Shown here: positions 9,349-20,085 of the stretch, piece after piece | Layout of the letters: each line of letters starts with the position of its first letter | Position numbering within the stretch: the stretch's first letter is position 1 | Source: Agathobacter sp. | GTDB taxonomy: Bacteria; Bacillota; Clostridia; Lachnospirales; Lachnospiraceae | DNA length: 64,000 nt | Assembly: GCA_045124075.1 (NCBI GenBank) | Contig: JBGVLD010000018.1 | Location: forward strand, 6,807 to 70,806 | Reading direction: 5' to 3' | Position numbers and translations under genes: made by a program | The notes under the pieces: model-generated | The model's input: only the letters and a program-made list of their open reading frames with translations | What the model was told of the DNA's origin: nothing | Databases searched by the model: none

Positions 9349-10308
9349 AAACTGCTGCATGGAAAAGAATATGGGATTACATTTAAATTTTTTGAGACCA
9401 AGTTAAATGAGGATACTGTTGATCTGGCACAGGGATATGATGGTGTATGTGCTTTTGTAAATGATACAGTAAATGCAGAAGTTATCGACCGTTTGGCAGA
9501 GATGGGAGTACAGGTGTTGGCGCTGCGATGTGCAGGTTTTAACAATGTAGATTTGAAACATGCTTTTGGAAAAATTCATGTATTGCGTGTGCCGGCCTAT
9601 TCCCCATATGCAGTTGCGGAGCATGCTATTGCTTTGCTTTTGACCTCCATTCGTCGTATTCATAAGGCCTATATCCGTTCCAAAGATTTTAATTTCAGCC
9701 TGTCAGGTCTTACAGGATTTGATCTTCATGGAAAAACCGTGGGAGTCATTGGAACGGGACGTATTGGAAGAGTATTCATAGATATTTGCAGGGGATTTGG
9801 CATGAAGGTTCTGGCTTACGATAAGTTTCCGGCGGAGGGATTGGATAACGGGGATACGGTAAAATATGTGGAACTAAATGAGTTGTTTGCAAGTAGCGAC
9901 ATCATTTCTCTACACTGCCCTCTGACAGAGGATACGCACCATATTATCAATGAAGACGCACTGAATCAGTGTAAACGAGGTGTGGTGCTTCTGAATACCT
10001 CCAGGGGGGCTTTGGTGGATGCTGAAGCACTTTTGGCCGGTATTAAGTCCCGCAAGGTGGGGGCAGCCTGCCTGGACGTATACGAAGAAGAATCTGACCT
10101 CTTTTTCGAAGATAATTCAGGCCATATCGTGGAGGACGATACGTTGGCTCGCCTCATCTCCATGCCAAATGTGATTGTAACTTCTCATCAGGCATTCCTG
10201 ACAGAGGAGGCACTGGAAAATATCGCAGAGACAACTGTAAAAAATATTGTTGGCTTCTTTGAAACGAAGCAATGTGCAAATGAGGTTTGCCATCACTGTA
10301 GTTGTTAA
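9349..10308 (+). pseudogene. D-lactate / 2-hydroxyacid dehydrogenase lacking its start
   Basis: LRCAGFNNVD, RVPAYSPYAVAE, GTGRIG, NTSRG and TSHQAF motifs. The frame runs upstream through GKEYGITFKFFETKL to a TAG at 9346-9348, with no RBS or ATG for the expected first ~20 aa. Confidence 0.75.
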
Positions 10309-10492
10309 AATGAAATAAGAAATTCAAGTATGTCAATAAAATGAACGACGTAGTATATAACACTAGGCGAAAATGTCCTGGTGTTTTTTGACATTTTTTT
10401 GATAATTTTATGACAGAAAAAAGAAGAATATTCAGTCGTAAAATGATATAATAAATATATTCGAATGCGTGGGATAACAAGGGAGAAATGCA

Positions 10493-10594
10493 ATGTCTAA
10501 AGTAATTTATACGGCAGATGATGAGAAACAATCCCAGGTTGGGAAACCGTATTATGTTGATGGGACTTGGAGGCAGTTATGCCTGCAGAACTAA
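10493..10594 (+). CDS. 33-aa ORF immediately upstream of the TIR gene (small protein or truncated gene)
   Basis: RBS AAGGGAG 7 nt before ATG; MSKVIYTADDEKQSQVGKPYYVDGTWRQLCLQN; stop 17 nt before the TIR start. Confidence 0.4.
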   Translation: MSKVIYTADDEKQSQVGKPYYVDGTWRQLCLQN

Positions 10595-10611
10595 TAAGAG
10601 GAGAAAAAGGG

Positions 10612-13382
10612 ATGCGTTATGATGCTTTTATCAGTTATCGTCACAGCGATTTAGATATGTTCGTGGCAAAAAAGATACATAAGGGGCTTGAAACTTTTAA
10701 GGTTCCAAGAGCGGTAGCAAAAAGATCCGGTAAGAAAAATAAAAAAAGAGTGTTCCGGGATCAGGAAGAACTCCCGATCGGAAGTGATCTTAGTGACAAT
10801 ATCGCAGGAGCGTTGGAAGAGTCAGAATATCTGCTTGTAATCTGTTCTCCAAGAACACCAGAGTCCTACTGGGTAGAAAAGGAAATTAATACTTTTATTA
10901 AGCTTCATGGAAGAGAGCATATACTGGCAATTTTGATTGAGGGAGAACCGGAGGAATCTTTTCCACCACAGCTTTTGGTGGATGATAATGGGAATCCGGT
11001 GGAACCTCTGGCAGCAGATGTGCGAGGCAGTTGCAATAGAGAAGTCGCAAAGAAAATAAAAACAGAGATCCTGCGGCTGGCTGCGCCGATCTTGCACTGT
11101 AGTTATGATGATCTAAAGCAGCGCCATAGAGAACGCCGCATGAAAAGGGCAATGTTTGGTGCTTCTGTTGTAGCAGCCTTAGGTGTGGCATTTGGAGCGT
11201 ATTCTTCTTATAATAACGCTGTCATACGTGAAAATTACCAGGCAAAACAGATCAATCAGTCAAAGTATCTGGCAAAGACATCGCTACAGCTTTTAGAGGA
11301 GGGGGATCGGGAGGCAGCAACCCTGATCGCTTTGGAAGCTTTGCCTTCAGAGGAAAATGACAGACCTTATGTGCCCGCAGCTCAGTACGCTCTTAGCCAG
11401 ACTTTGCATACTTATGATACAGGAAATACCATCAGTATGGATCGAAATTTGAAACATGATCTGCCAGTAAGTGAGTTTTCATTTAATGTAGCAGGAGATC
11501 GCCTGATCTCAAAAGATGATGGGAACAGCATTTATGTCTGGAACGTGGAGAATGGAGAACTTCAGGCAAAAATAGCCCCGGAAATTGGAGAATTAGGTTA
11601 TGTTGTGAGCATTATCGGTGAGTTTTTGTATGAAGATCAAATTGTTATCTGTGATGATGAAAAAATCAGAAGTGTAGATTTTAATGGAGAGTTGGAATGG
11701 TGTATTGAATTTTCAGAAACTGTCGCTTATTGTGAATTTGATAGAGAAAGAAATGTTGCTGTCTGCATTGCAGGAAAATTACTTACTTTTATAGATCTTA
11801 CTACAGGTGAGAAGATAACAGAAGTTGCAAATACACAGGCAGATTCTTTTAGTGGAACTTGTGTATTTAATGAAGATGGCAGTAAATTTGCGGTATCCCA
11901 TATTAAAAGCATGACGGAAGAGGGAGGAGCAGGACTTTTTTCGGTGTATGACTTTCATACCGGCAAACTTACTTCTTATGTGACGAAGGCTGATTTTGTG
12001 ACGGAGTTGGAATTTGCTTCAGATGGCAACCTTGTTGCGGTCAGTGATGTGACGCTGGATTTGTTTAATTTTTCCGGAAACACTGGAATTGGTTATGTGG
12101 AGAAAATAAATAAGGAAACCCACGAGGTGATATGGAGTCAGGAGTTTGAGTACCTGCTTTATGATTTGGAGTCTGCCGGCATTAGCTTAGTAACACGTCA
12201 ATATGAGGATGCATCTACGGGAGAATCATATGATCAGGTGTTAATGTCCGTGGATCAGACAGCCTATACATGGGATGCTTCAACAGGTGAGCTGATCGCG
12301 CAAGTAAATGTAGAAAGCGGCATTCGGGAATTTATGGTATCCTCAACCAGTTGTTATGGATATCTGGCAGAAAGTAATGGAACCATTGCAATCGTGGATA
12401 TGAATACGGGATTGAATTATTCTGCATCAGCAATTGCAACAGGGAAAGAAATTAAAAATGTGCATATTCAAAATGGAGTTTTAGTGCTGCAGGCATATGC
12501 GTCTCCTAATCTAACAATGATGAAATATCAAACCGGAGCTGGAATGGTGGAATTGGAGACATATAACAACTATGTGAATGAAGTATATTATTCCGCCGAT
12601 GAAAACTATTATGCAGTAACAGACTCAGAACATACGGAATTTTATTTCTATCAGACAGAGGATTATGAATTTATAAGCAAATTCAGTCCACAAGAAGCGG
12701 ATTTAAATTCGGTTTGCGGATTTATGGGAGAGGAAACTTTTGTTTATGCAGATGCAAAAGGATTGATCACGTATGTGAACGTTGTCACAGGGGAATCAGA
12801 GGAAATCAAAGTCTGCGAAGAAGCATACTCGCTGACATATGATTTGAATAAATCCTGCACCATGGCTCTTATTATGGGAACAGACAGTGGCAATTCCAGT
12901 CAGGATACGTTTAGAATAGTAGACTTACAAAATCGGAAGATTCTGGTGTCCGGTGGTGCTGGAGAAGAGATTTATGCGGGCGTGATTGCGGAGGATGGAA
13001 GTAAAGCCTATTGTAATAGTGACGATGCGGGGATGATTATTATTTCAAAGTGTATAATTTAAAACAGCAGCAGTATTCTCATATTGAAGCAGATCAGTAC
13101 TATGAGATTACCAAAGTGATTATGGATGAAAAAACCGGAACCATCAGTTTACTCACCATCGTGGACATGATAATTTTAGACAGTGAAAATTATGAAAAGG
13201 TGGCAAGTGCGGAAGCGGGCCTTGCATATTTGCCAAAGACAGGTGCTGTATTCAGTACATATAACCGAACCCTGTATCGTTTCCCTTACATGACGTTGGA
13301 GATGCTGCAGGCAGAAGCAAAAGAACAATTTGGAGAAAAAACATTATCCGATCTGGAACGTACACAGTACAATGTAGAATAG
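10612..13382 (+). pseudogene. TIR domain - hydrophobic helix - WD40-like beta-propeller protein, split near 13030
   Basis: MRYDAFISYRHSD and CSPRTPESYWVEKEI (TIR); AMFGASVVAALGVAFGAYSSY hydrophobic segment; repeated beta-strand units. ORF 13050-13382 supplies the C-terminus; its frame opens only after TAG-TGA at about 13018-13023. Confidence 0.75.
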
Positions 13383-13468
13383 AAATAACTTGAATTCTCA
13401 AAATTTCAGTTCTATTATGTATAATTGAAAGCTTTTACAAATGCATGATATAAAAGGAGCTAATCTAT

Positions 13469-14803
13469 ATGATAAAAGACTTAACAGAAGGAAATCCAAG
13501 TAAGGTCCTGTGGCAGTTTACTCTCCCCATGTTTGTCAGTGTGATTTTCCAGCAGCTGTATAATATTGCCGATAGTGTTATTGTTGGAAATTTTGCCAGG
13601 GAGGGAGAAGAGGCACTGGCAGCAGTAGGGGCATCTTACCCGATTACCATGATTTTTATGGCAATTGCTATGGGATTTAATGTTGGATGTGCAGTTGTGA
13701 TTTCCCAGCTGTTTGGAGCAAAGAACTACAGGGATATGAAAACAGCTGTTTCCACCACGTTGTTAGCATCATTTGCGCTGTCTGTAGTATTGTCTGTATT
13801 GGGAGTGCTGCTTAGTGGTTCTATGCTGTCCCTGATTCGTACTCCAAAAAATATTTTTGGGGATGCAGACATTTATTTGAAAATTTACATTGGTGGTTTC
13901 GTTTTTCTTTTCCTCTATAATGTAGTGACGGGAGTCTTTACCTCTCTGGGAGATTCTAAAACACCGTTGTATTTTCTAATCGGATCATCTCTTAGTAATA
14001 TTCTGTTGGATTGGGTGTTTGTAGCCGTATTCCATTGGGATGTGGCTGGTGTGGCCTGGGCAACTTTTCTCTGTCAGGGAATTGCCTGTATTTTGGCATT
14101 GTTTACCTTAAAGAAACGGTTAAAGGAAGTGGTCTGTGAGGAAAAACCGGATCTGTTTTCCTTTGATATGTTGAAAAAGATTCTGATTTTTGCGATTCCC
14201 AGTGTATTGCAGCAGAGCTTTGTATCCGTAGGAAATATCTTTATACAGAGTCTGGTTAATGGCTTCGGTTCTTCTGTTATTGCAGGGTACTCTGCAGCCA
14301 TTAAAATCAATACCTTTGCAGTTACCTGTTTTAGTACCCTTGGAAATGCGGTTTCCAGTTTCACCGCACAAAATATTGGAGCCGGAAATAATGAAAGGGT
14401 AAAAAAAGGACTTCGTTCAGGGCTTATTATGGGACTGATTATTGGGATTCCATTCTTTCTGTTCTGCTTCTTTAAAGGAGATGGGCTGATTCTGTTATTT
14501 ATGAGTGAAGAATCCTCTCTTGCACTGGATACAGGAATGCAGTTCTTGAAGATCGTTGCACCATTTTATTTTGTAATCTCACTGAAACTGGTAACGGACG
14601 GATTGCTTCGAGGATCAGGCGCTATGAGTAGTTTTATGGTGGCAACCTTCAGTGATCTGATTCTTCGAGTAGCTCTTGGGTATATTCTTTCAGTGCCATT
14701 TGGTTCAACAGGAATCTGGATGTCCTGGCCGATTGGCTGGACATTGGGAACAGCTCTGTCGTTAGCTTTTTATGCAAAAGGCGTTTGGAAAGTAAAAAAT
14801 TAA
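13469..14803 (+). CDS. MATE-family efflux transporter
   Basis: QQLYNIADSVIVG, SQLFGAKN, GDSKTPL and AQNIGAG motifs. Confidence 0.92.
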   Translation: MIKDLTEGNPSKVLWQFTLPMFVSVIFQQLYNIADSVIVGNFAREGEEALAAVGASYPITMIFMAIAMGFNVGCAVVISQLFGAKNYRDMKTAVSTTLLASFALSVVLSVLGVLLSGSMLSLIRTPKNIFGDADIYLKIYIGGFVFLFLYNVVTGVFTSLGDSKTPLYFLIGSSLSNILLDWVFVAVFHWDVAGVAWATFLCQGIACILALFTLKKRLKEVVCEEKPDLFSFDMLKKILIFAIPSVLQQSFVSVGNIFIQSLVNGFGSSVIAGYSAAIKINTFAVTCFSTLGNAVSSFTAQNIGAGNNERVKKGLRSGLIMGLIIGIPFFLFCFFKGDGLILLFMSEESSLALDTGMQFLKIVAPFYFVISLKLVTDGLLRGSGAMSSFMVATFSDLILRVALGYILSVPFGSTGIWMSWPIGWTLGTALSLAFYAKGVWKVKN

Positions 14804-14807
14804 AATG

Positions 14808-14855
14808 AAATCGGGTAGGCATGATAAATGATTTATCATAGCTTACCCGATTTTT
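14808..14855. terminator. Bidirectional terminator between MATE and putP
   Basis: AAATCGGGTAG-gc-ATGATAAAT-g-ATTTATCAT-agc-TTACCCGATTTT nested stem between convergent genes. Confidence 0.7.
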
Positions 14856-14906
14856 GTTGCAAAGTATAAGTTCTTTCTATGTAAAGATTAAAATCTTGAA
14901 TAAATC

Positions 14907-16433
14907 CTACACACTCTCAAATTCTTCTACAATTTCTTTTGAAGGAGGAGGGGTTAAAAGGCTCACAACCAGGATAGTGATGCAGGAGCAGATGAATGCT
15001 GGAAGAAGTTCATAAATACTCCAGATGCCACCTAATGGAGCAATTAGATACTTCCATACGAAGACCATAACACCGCCTACGATCATTCCAGTAAGAGCAC
15101 CATATTTATTGGTACGTTTCCAGAACAGTGAGAACAGCATAATTGGTCCGAATGCAGCACCAAAACCGGCCCAGGCGAAGGATACGATTCCAAATACGGA
15201 GCTGTTTGGATCCCAGGCAATGATAACGCCAATTACAGAAATCAAAACTACGGTAATTCTGGCAGCCCACATGGATGCCTTCTGGGATAATTTAAGTCCA
15301 AGGCAATTCTGCAACAGGTTCTGAGATACGCTGGAGGACGCAGCCAGAAGCTGGGAGTCTGAAGTAGACATGGTGCAGGCAAGAATACCGGCCAGAATTA
15401 GTCCTGCCATAATGATTGCAAGAACACCATGTTCGCTTAAAAGCATAGCCACTTTAATAATTAAGGTTTCGGCCTGAGCAGATCCTTCTAATATTTCAAA
15501 GGCACCGGCTTTTGACATTGAGTAACCGATAATACCAATAAAGATTGCAATGAACATGGAAATCACAACCCATACGGATGCAATTCTTCTGGAAAGTTTT
15601 AATTTGTTCTCATCTTCAATACCCATAAAACGCAGTAAAATATGAGGCATACCAAAGTATCCTAAACCCCATGCCAGGGTAGAAGCAATGGTCAAAGCGC
15701 TGTATGAAGAGGATGAACCTGTGGCTGCATCATGGGAAGCAAATAAGGTCAGGTATCCTTCCAGTGATTTTGCATTGTCGATTACTACATCAAGTCCTCC
15801 TGCAACGTGAATGCCGAAAATTACAACAATGATTAATGCGACGGTCATAACAATACTCTGAATCAGGTCAGTGGTACTTGCAGCGAGGAAGCCGCCTAAA
15901 GCAGTATAAGCTACAATAATGATGGCGCTGACAATCATTGCAGGAACATATGGAATGTCAAACAGTGTGGAGAACAGTTTTCCACAAGCCGCAAATCCGG
16001 AAGCAGTATAAGGTACAAAAAAGACTACAATAAAAATAGCTGAGATAGCTAGTAATGCACGGCTTTTATCCCGATAACGGTTCGAGAAAAAGTCTGGAAG
16101 CGTAATGGAATTATTTGCTTTTGCTGTGTAGCGGCGCAGTCTCTTGGCTACAATCAGCCAGTTCAAGTATGTACCAATAGCCAGTCCGATTGCAGTCCAG
16201 CCGGCTTCTGCACAGCCGGAAAGATAAGCCAGACCAGGTAGACCCATTAACAGCCAGCTGCTCATGTCAGAGGCTTCTGCACTCATTGCAGTGACGATAG
16301 GACCCAGTTTTCGTCCACCAAGATAGAAATCACTGACGTCTTTGTTCTTTTTAGAAAAGTAAAAGCCGATTGCTACCATGGCGATCAGATAAATAACAAT
16401 AACAGTTAATATTCCTATAATTGTACTATTCAT
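14907..16433 (-). CDS. putP: Sodium/proline symporter
   Basis: DFYLGGRKLGP, SAEASDMSSWLLMGLPG, LGYFGMPHIL, MSTSDSQLL and AWAGFGAAFGP motifs. Confidence 0.92.
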   Translation of the reverse strand: MNSTIIGILTVIVIYLIAMVAIGFYFSKKNKDVSDFYLGGRKLGPIVTAMSAEASDMSSWLLMGLPGLAYLSGCAEAGWTAIGLAIGTYLNWLIVAKRLRRYTAKANNSITLPDFFSNRYRDKSRALLAISAIFIVVFFVPYTASGFAACGKLFSTLFDIPYVPAMIVSAIIIVAYTALGGFLAASTTDLIQSIVMTVALIIVVIFGIHVAGGLDVVIDNAKSLEGYLTLFASHDAATGSSSSYSALTIASTLAWGLGYFGMPHILLRFMGIEDENKLKLSRRIASVWVVISMFIAIFIGIIGYSMSKAGAFEILEGSAQAETLIIKVAMLLSEHGVLAIIMAGLILAGILACTMSTSDSQLLAASSSVSQNLLQNCLGLKLSQKASMWAARITVVLISVIGVIIAWDPNSSVFGIVSFAWAGFGAAFGPIMLFSLFWKRTNKYGALTGMIVGGVMVFVWKYLIAPLGGIWSIYELLPAFICSCITILVVSLLTPPPSKEIVEEFESV

Positions 16434-16463
16434 CTTTTCTTTCTCCTTTTTATGTAATTTTAA

Positions 16464-16520
16464 AAAGATTGCGCATCGCGCAATCTTTCAAAGTATACCA
16501 TGAGTAAAAATAAAGTGCAA
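16464..16520 (-). promoter_or_regulatory. putP promoter with a palindrome at the transcription start
   Basis: Minus strand: TTGCAC (16520-16515), 17 bp, TATACT (16497-16492); inverted repeat AAAGATTGCGC-atc-GCGCAATCTTT at 16464-16488. Confidence 0.6.
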
Positions 16521-16543
16521 TTGAATATTAATGAAAAAGCACA

Positions 16544-17824
16544 TTATTCTTCCATTAAATGGATTTTGTATGTATTTTTTCCGGCTCGTTTTGCTTCATA
16601 TAAAACTTTATCTGCAGCTTCGTAAAGATCATAGAAGGTCAGTTCTTTACTGGTTAGAACGGCAACACCTGCACTGCAGTGAATTTCGATCTTATTATCA
16701 TTTTCGTAGTAGTCAAATCGCATATTTTTATGAATTTCTGAAAAACGATTAATACTGTCCTCATAATCTCCGCACAGATATAATACAAATTCATCACCGC
16801 CAAGTCTTCCAAAAACATCGTCCTCGGTTGCTTTTTCTGAAACAATTTGACTGATTTTTCGCAGTAAATCATCTCCAGTCATATGTCCAAAGATATCGTT
16901 TACATTTTTGAAATTGTCAATATCGAATATGATGAAAATGCCTTTTCCATAGCTTTTAATGCGTTTACTAATTAATTCCTCTGCATATCGTCGATTCCAG
17001 ATCTGAGTGAGTGAATCAACTCTGGCATACATTATATTGGTCATTTTCTCTGCCATCTCAACGGAGCAATCTTTCAGAAGGATAAAAACGTTCTCAATGG
17101 AAGTTTCTGAATCGTTTGGAATTAGAGCAAAAACCAATCTCAGCCATATAATTTCATCCGTATCTCGTTGAATTCGAATGTTCGTTTTAATAATATATTC
17201 CTTATTTTTAATTCGTTTTCTCACATCAATAGCACGGAACATATCCATTTTTTCAAGATCATCTTTAATCACATAGGTGGAGCACATTTCCCAGAACCAT
17301 TGATCCATACTAAGAAAATTGGCCTCTTTGTGAAATAGATTCCTGTATTTTTCTTTGCTGAATACAAAGGAATTATCGTTAAAACGATATTCAATAACCA
17401 AATCATACATACAATCCAGCAATTTCTTATAGTTAGAATCCTTCATAACATCAGGATCATATAAAAGAGCTTTGCGTTTTGGATTTGTCATATGGACACA
17501 GGCAAATTCTATGTGTTCACCTTTTAAGGTACAAAGGACGGTAGCATCTACAAGAATACAATTGGAGGAAGGGAGCAATGTGTCTTTGAGTGCCAGACGG
17601 GCTAATACCATACATTGATTAGAATTCTGAATATATCCCTGATAATGCTGGCTCTCAATTTTAAATTCTTCCGTCCAATCTGGCGTGCAAAGTCCAATTA
17701 ATGGGATGTCTTCCATGTTCGAAAGATTTACAAAAGTAGATAAATCTTTATCGATTAAGTACTTCTCGCATGCCTCTTTTACAGATGCAATGGACAAATC
17801 AAATAGCTTTTCTTCTTGGGTCAC
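16544..17824 (-). CDS. Diguanylate cyclase (GGDEF) with SnoaL/PAS-like N-terminal domains
   Basis: DSLTQIWNRR, DIDNFKNVNDIFGHMTGD, intact RLGGDEF, LYEAADKVLYEAK; GTG start with RBS AAGGAG. Confidence 0.9.
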   Translation of the reverse strand: MTQEEKLFDLSIASVKEACEKYLIDKDLSTFVNLSNMEDIPLIGLCTPDWTEEFKIESQHYQGYIQNSNQCMVLARLALKDTLLPSSNCILVDATVLCTLKGEHIEFACVHMTNPKRKALLYDPDVMKDSNYKKLLDCMYDLVIEYRFNDNSFVFSKEKYRNLFHKEANFLSMDQWFWEMCSTYVIKDDLEKMDMFRAIDVRKRIKNKEYIIKTNIRIQRDTDEIIWLRLVFALIPNDSETSIENVFILLKDCSVEMAEKMTNIMYARVDSLTQIWNRRYAEELISKRIKSYGKGIFIIFDIDNFKNVNDIFGHMTGDDLLRKISQIVSEKATEDDVFGRLGGDEFVLYLCGDYEDSINRFSEIHKNMRFDYYENDNKIEIHCSAGVAVLTSKELTFYDLYEAADKVLYEAKRAGKNTYKIHLMEE

Positions 17825-17878
17825 AATATATCTCCTTGAAATAAAATTTTGTCAGTTGTATACCAATTTATTATAACA

Positions 17879-17904
17879 TTTTCATTTACATTCGTAAATG
17901 AAAA
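17879..17904. promoter_or_regulatory. Inverted repeat in the divergent GGDEF/cysK promoter region
   Basis: TTTTCATTTAC-attc-GTAAATGAAAA, perfect 11-bp arms. Confidence 0.45.
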
Positions 17905-18008
17905 GATTCTTTAGATTATAAGATTCTTCTGATTAAAACCTTGCTATGCTATTCTGTTTTTTGTATACTTTTATTTGGAAATAATTAGAAGGTTTCGGAG
18001 GGACAGGA

Positions 18009-18911
18009 ATGTATTATGAAAATATTTTAGATTTAATAGGAAATACACCGTTACTAAGTTTAAAGCAGTCAACAGGATACAATATTTTTGCAAAAGCAGA
18101 GTTCTTAAATCCAGGTGGAAGTATTAAGGATAGAATTGCTTTAAATATGCTGGAAGAGGCTGAAAAAAGTGCAAAATTGAGACCGGGAATGACCATTATT
18201 GAGCCGACATCTGGAAATACCGGTATCGGTCTGGCTTTATGCGGTGTTCGTAAAGGATATAAAGTAATCATTGTAATGCCTGAGAATATGAGTGATGAGA
18301 GAAAGAAGATCATTAGAGCATTAGGTGCGGAATTGGTGCTTACTCCACCGGAGTTAAGTATTGGAGGGGCTGTAGATAAGGCCATGGAAATTGCCTCTTC
18401 TTCTGACGAATATTTTGTGCCACAGCAGTTTGAAAACTCAGCGAATCCATCTGCTCATTATCGCAACACTGCAGCGGAAATTGTGAGTCAGCTGGATCAA
18501 AAGGTAGATGTGTTCGTATCTGGAATTGGAAGTGGTGGAACTTTACAGGGAATTGCCTCCTTACTTCTTGAGAAGAATCCTGATTGCAAGATTGTAGCAG
18601 TTGAGCCTAAGAATGTATCTGCGCTCTTAGGACATGAACCAGGACTGCATCAGATCCAGGGAATTGGAGATGGATTTATCCCAGAGATTTTAGATACCAG
18701 CATTATTACAGATATTGTGGAAGTAACAGATGCGGATGCCATTGCAACAGCGAGAGAATTGGCAAAAGTCCAAGGACTTTTAGTAGGAACTTCTTCAGGA
18801 GCCAATGTCTGGACGGCAAAACAGATGGCAGAGAAATATGGAAAAGATAAGAACATCGTAACCATTCTTGCAGATAGAGCAGAAAGATATTTCAGTACAT
18901 CCTTAATTTAA
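18009..18911 (+). CDS. cysK: Cysteine synthase (O-acetylserine thiol-lyase)
   Basis: KAEFLNPGGSIKDR (PLP Lys), EPTSGNTG, GIGSGGT, IQGIG and GTSSGA motifs. Confidence 0.92.
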   Translation: MYYENILDLIGNTPLLSLKQSTGYNIFAKAEFLNPGGSIKDRIALNMLEEAEKSAKLRPGMTIIEPTSGNTGIGLALCGVRKGYKVIIVMPENMSDERKKIIRALGAELVLTPPELSIGGAVDKAMEIASSSDEYFVPQQFENSANPSAHYRNTAAEIVSQLDQKVDVFVSGIGSGGTLQGIASLLLEKNPDCKIVAVEPKNVSALLGHEPGLHQIQGIGDGFIPEILDTSIITDIVEVTDADAIATARELAKVQGLLVGTSSGANVWTAKQMAEKYGKDKNIVTILADRAERYFSTSLI

Positions 18912-18957
18912 AGATTTGGGGAACTGTAAAATATGAAGCGGTTTTCAAGGGTGAGCC

Positions 18958-20014
18958 ATGCAGATTAAATCCATACAGATTAGAAACTTTAAATCTATTC
19001 GGGAGCTAGAAATACATAACGTCGAAAATTCTCTGATTCTGGTGGGGAAGAATAACACCGGAAAAACAGCCATCTTAGATGCCATTTGTGCAGTTACTGG
19101 GGACTATATCGTCAGAGAAATGGATTTTAATGAGAAAAAGCAGAATATAGAGATTACAATGACTCTAGATATTACGGAAGAAGATCTGCATCAGTTTCAT
19201 GCATATGGAATCGTAAGCTCTTTTAAGCGTTATGAATCATGGAAACGGGATTTTGGCGAAAAGCTACCATCATTTTCTGAAGGAAAGCTTTCTTTTGTCT
19301 GTTCTATCAATCGGAATGGCAAAATTCGTTATGAGGATGGAACACATAAAAATAACCGCTATATCCCAGACATCCTACCCAAGCTTCATTTTATTGATAC
19401 TACCCGGAATCTGGCAACCTTTCAGGAAGATCTTTTGGTGTTTCAGAAAAAAGAAGAATTAGCAAAACTTCGATCTAATGTGTGTATGTTTGATTCTGCA
19501 AAAATCTGTAACCATTGTTTCAGCTGTATAGGTCTGATTAATCAGAAGAAGCCGGAAGAACTTTTACTTAGTGAAACAGCCAGACTTTTAGAATATAAAA
19601 TGTATCAGCTGAACTTGAGTGATTTTTCCCAGAAAGTAAATGAAAATTACTGGAAAAATGGTGGAGTGGAGGAAATTTTTTACACCCTGTCCTGCAACAT
19701 GGATAAAATGTTTTCTGTAGAGGTCAATGCCTGGCATGAAGAATTTAAACGTTTAAGTCCCGTTGAATATCTTGGAAATGGCATGAAAAGCATTTACCAA
19801 GAAAAATCAGGTAATATTTACGACCCATTCCCCCAATATGGTTGCCAATTTTACCAGAGGGCAGATCTGTCAGATGATTTTAGATGAGGATGGTTATTCG
19901 GCTGCCAGGCAGAATACAGCGATTGATGATATATTAAATGACTTGGGTTATACTGCCAATGATTTTTTTAATGTGGATTTTGTGTTTATTGTGGAAGGAA
20001 AACAGGATAGTTAG
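18958..20014 (+). pseudogene. OLD-family ATP-dependent nuclease (ABC ATPase + TOPRIM), internally deleted and 3'-truncated
   Basis: IRNFKSI and GKNNTGKT (Walker A). After GNGMKSI the sequence resumes in another frame as KKNQVIFTTHSP...FVFIVEGKQD and stops at 20012-20014. Walker B and most of TOPRIM are absent. Confidence 0.75.
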
Positions 20015-20039
20015 TATTACCCTTTCAATAAAGATGAAA

Positions 20040-20085
20040 TAAAACTCCCTGTCGGAAGTATGAACCTCTGACAGGGAGTTTTTTT
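20040..20085. terminator. Bidirectional terminator
   Basis: AAAACTCCCTGTC...GACAGGGAGTTTT. Confidence 0.75.

Noticed and set aside
13427-13440. cre (CcpA) site TGAAAGCTTTTACA upstream of MATE
   Set aside because: It lacks the G of the central CG, which is the most conserved position, and the gene is not an obvious catabolic target.
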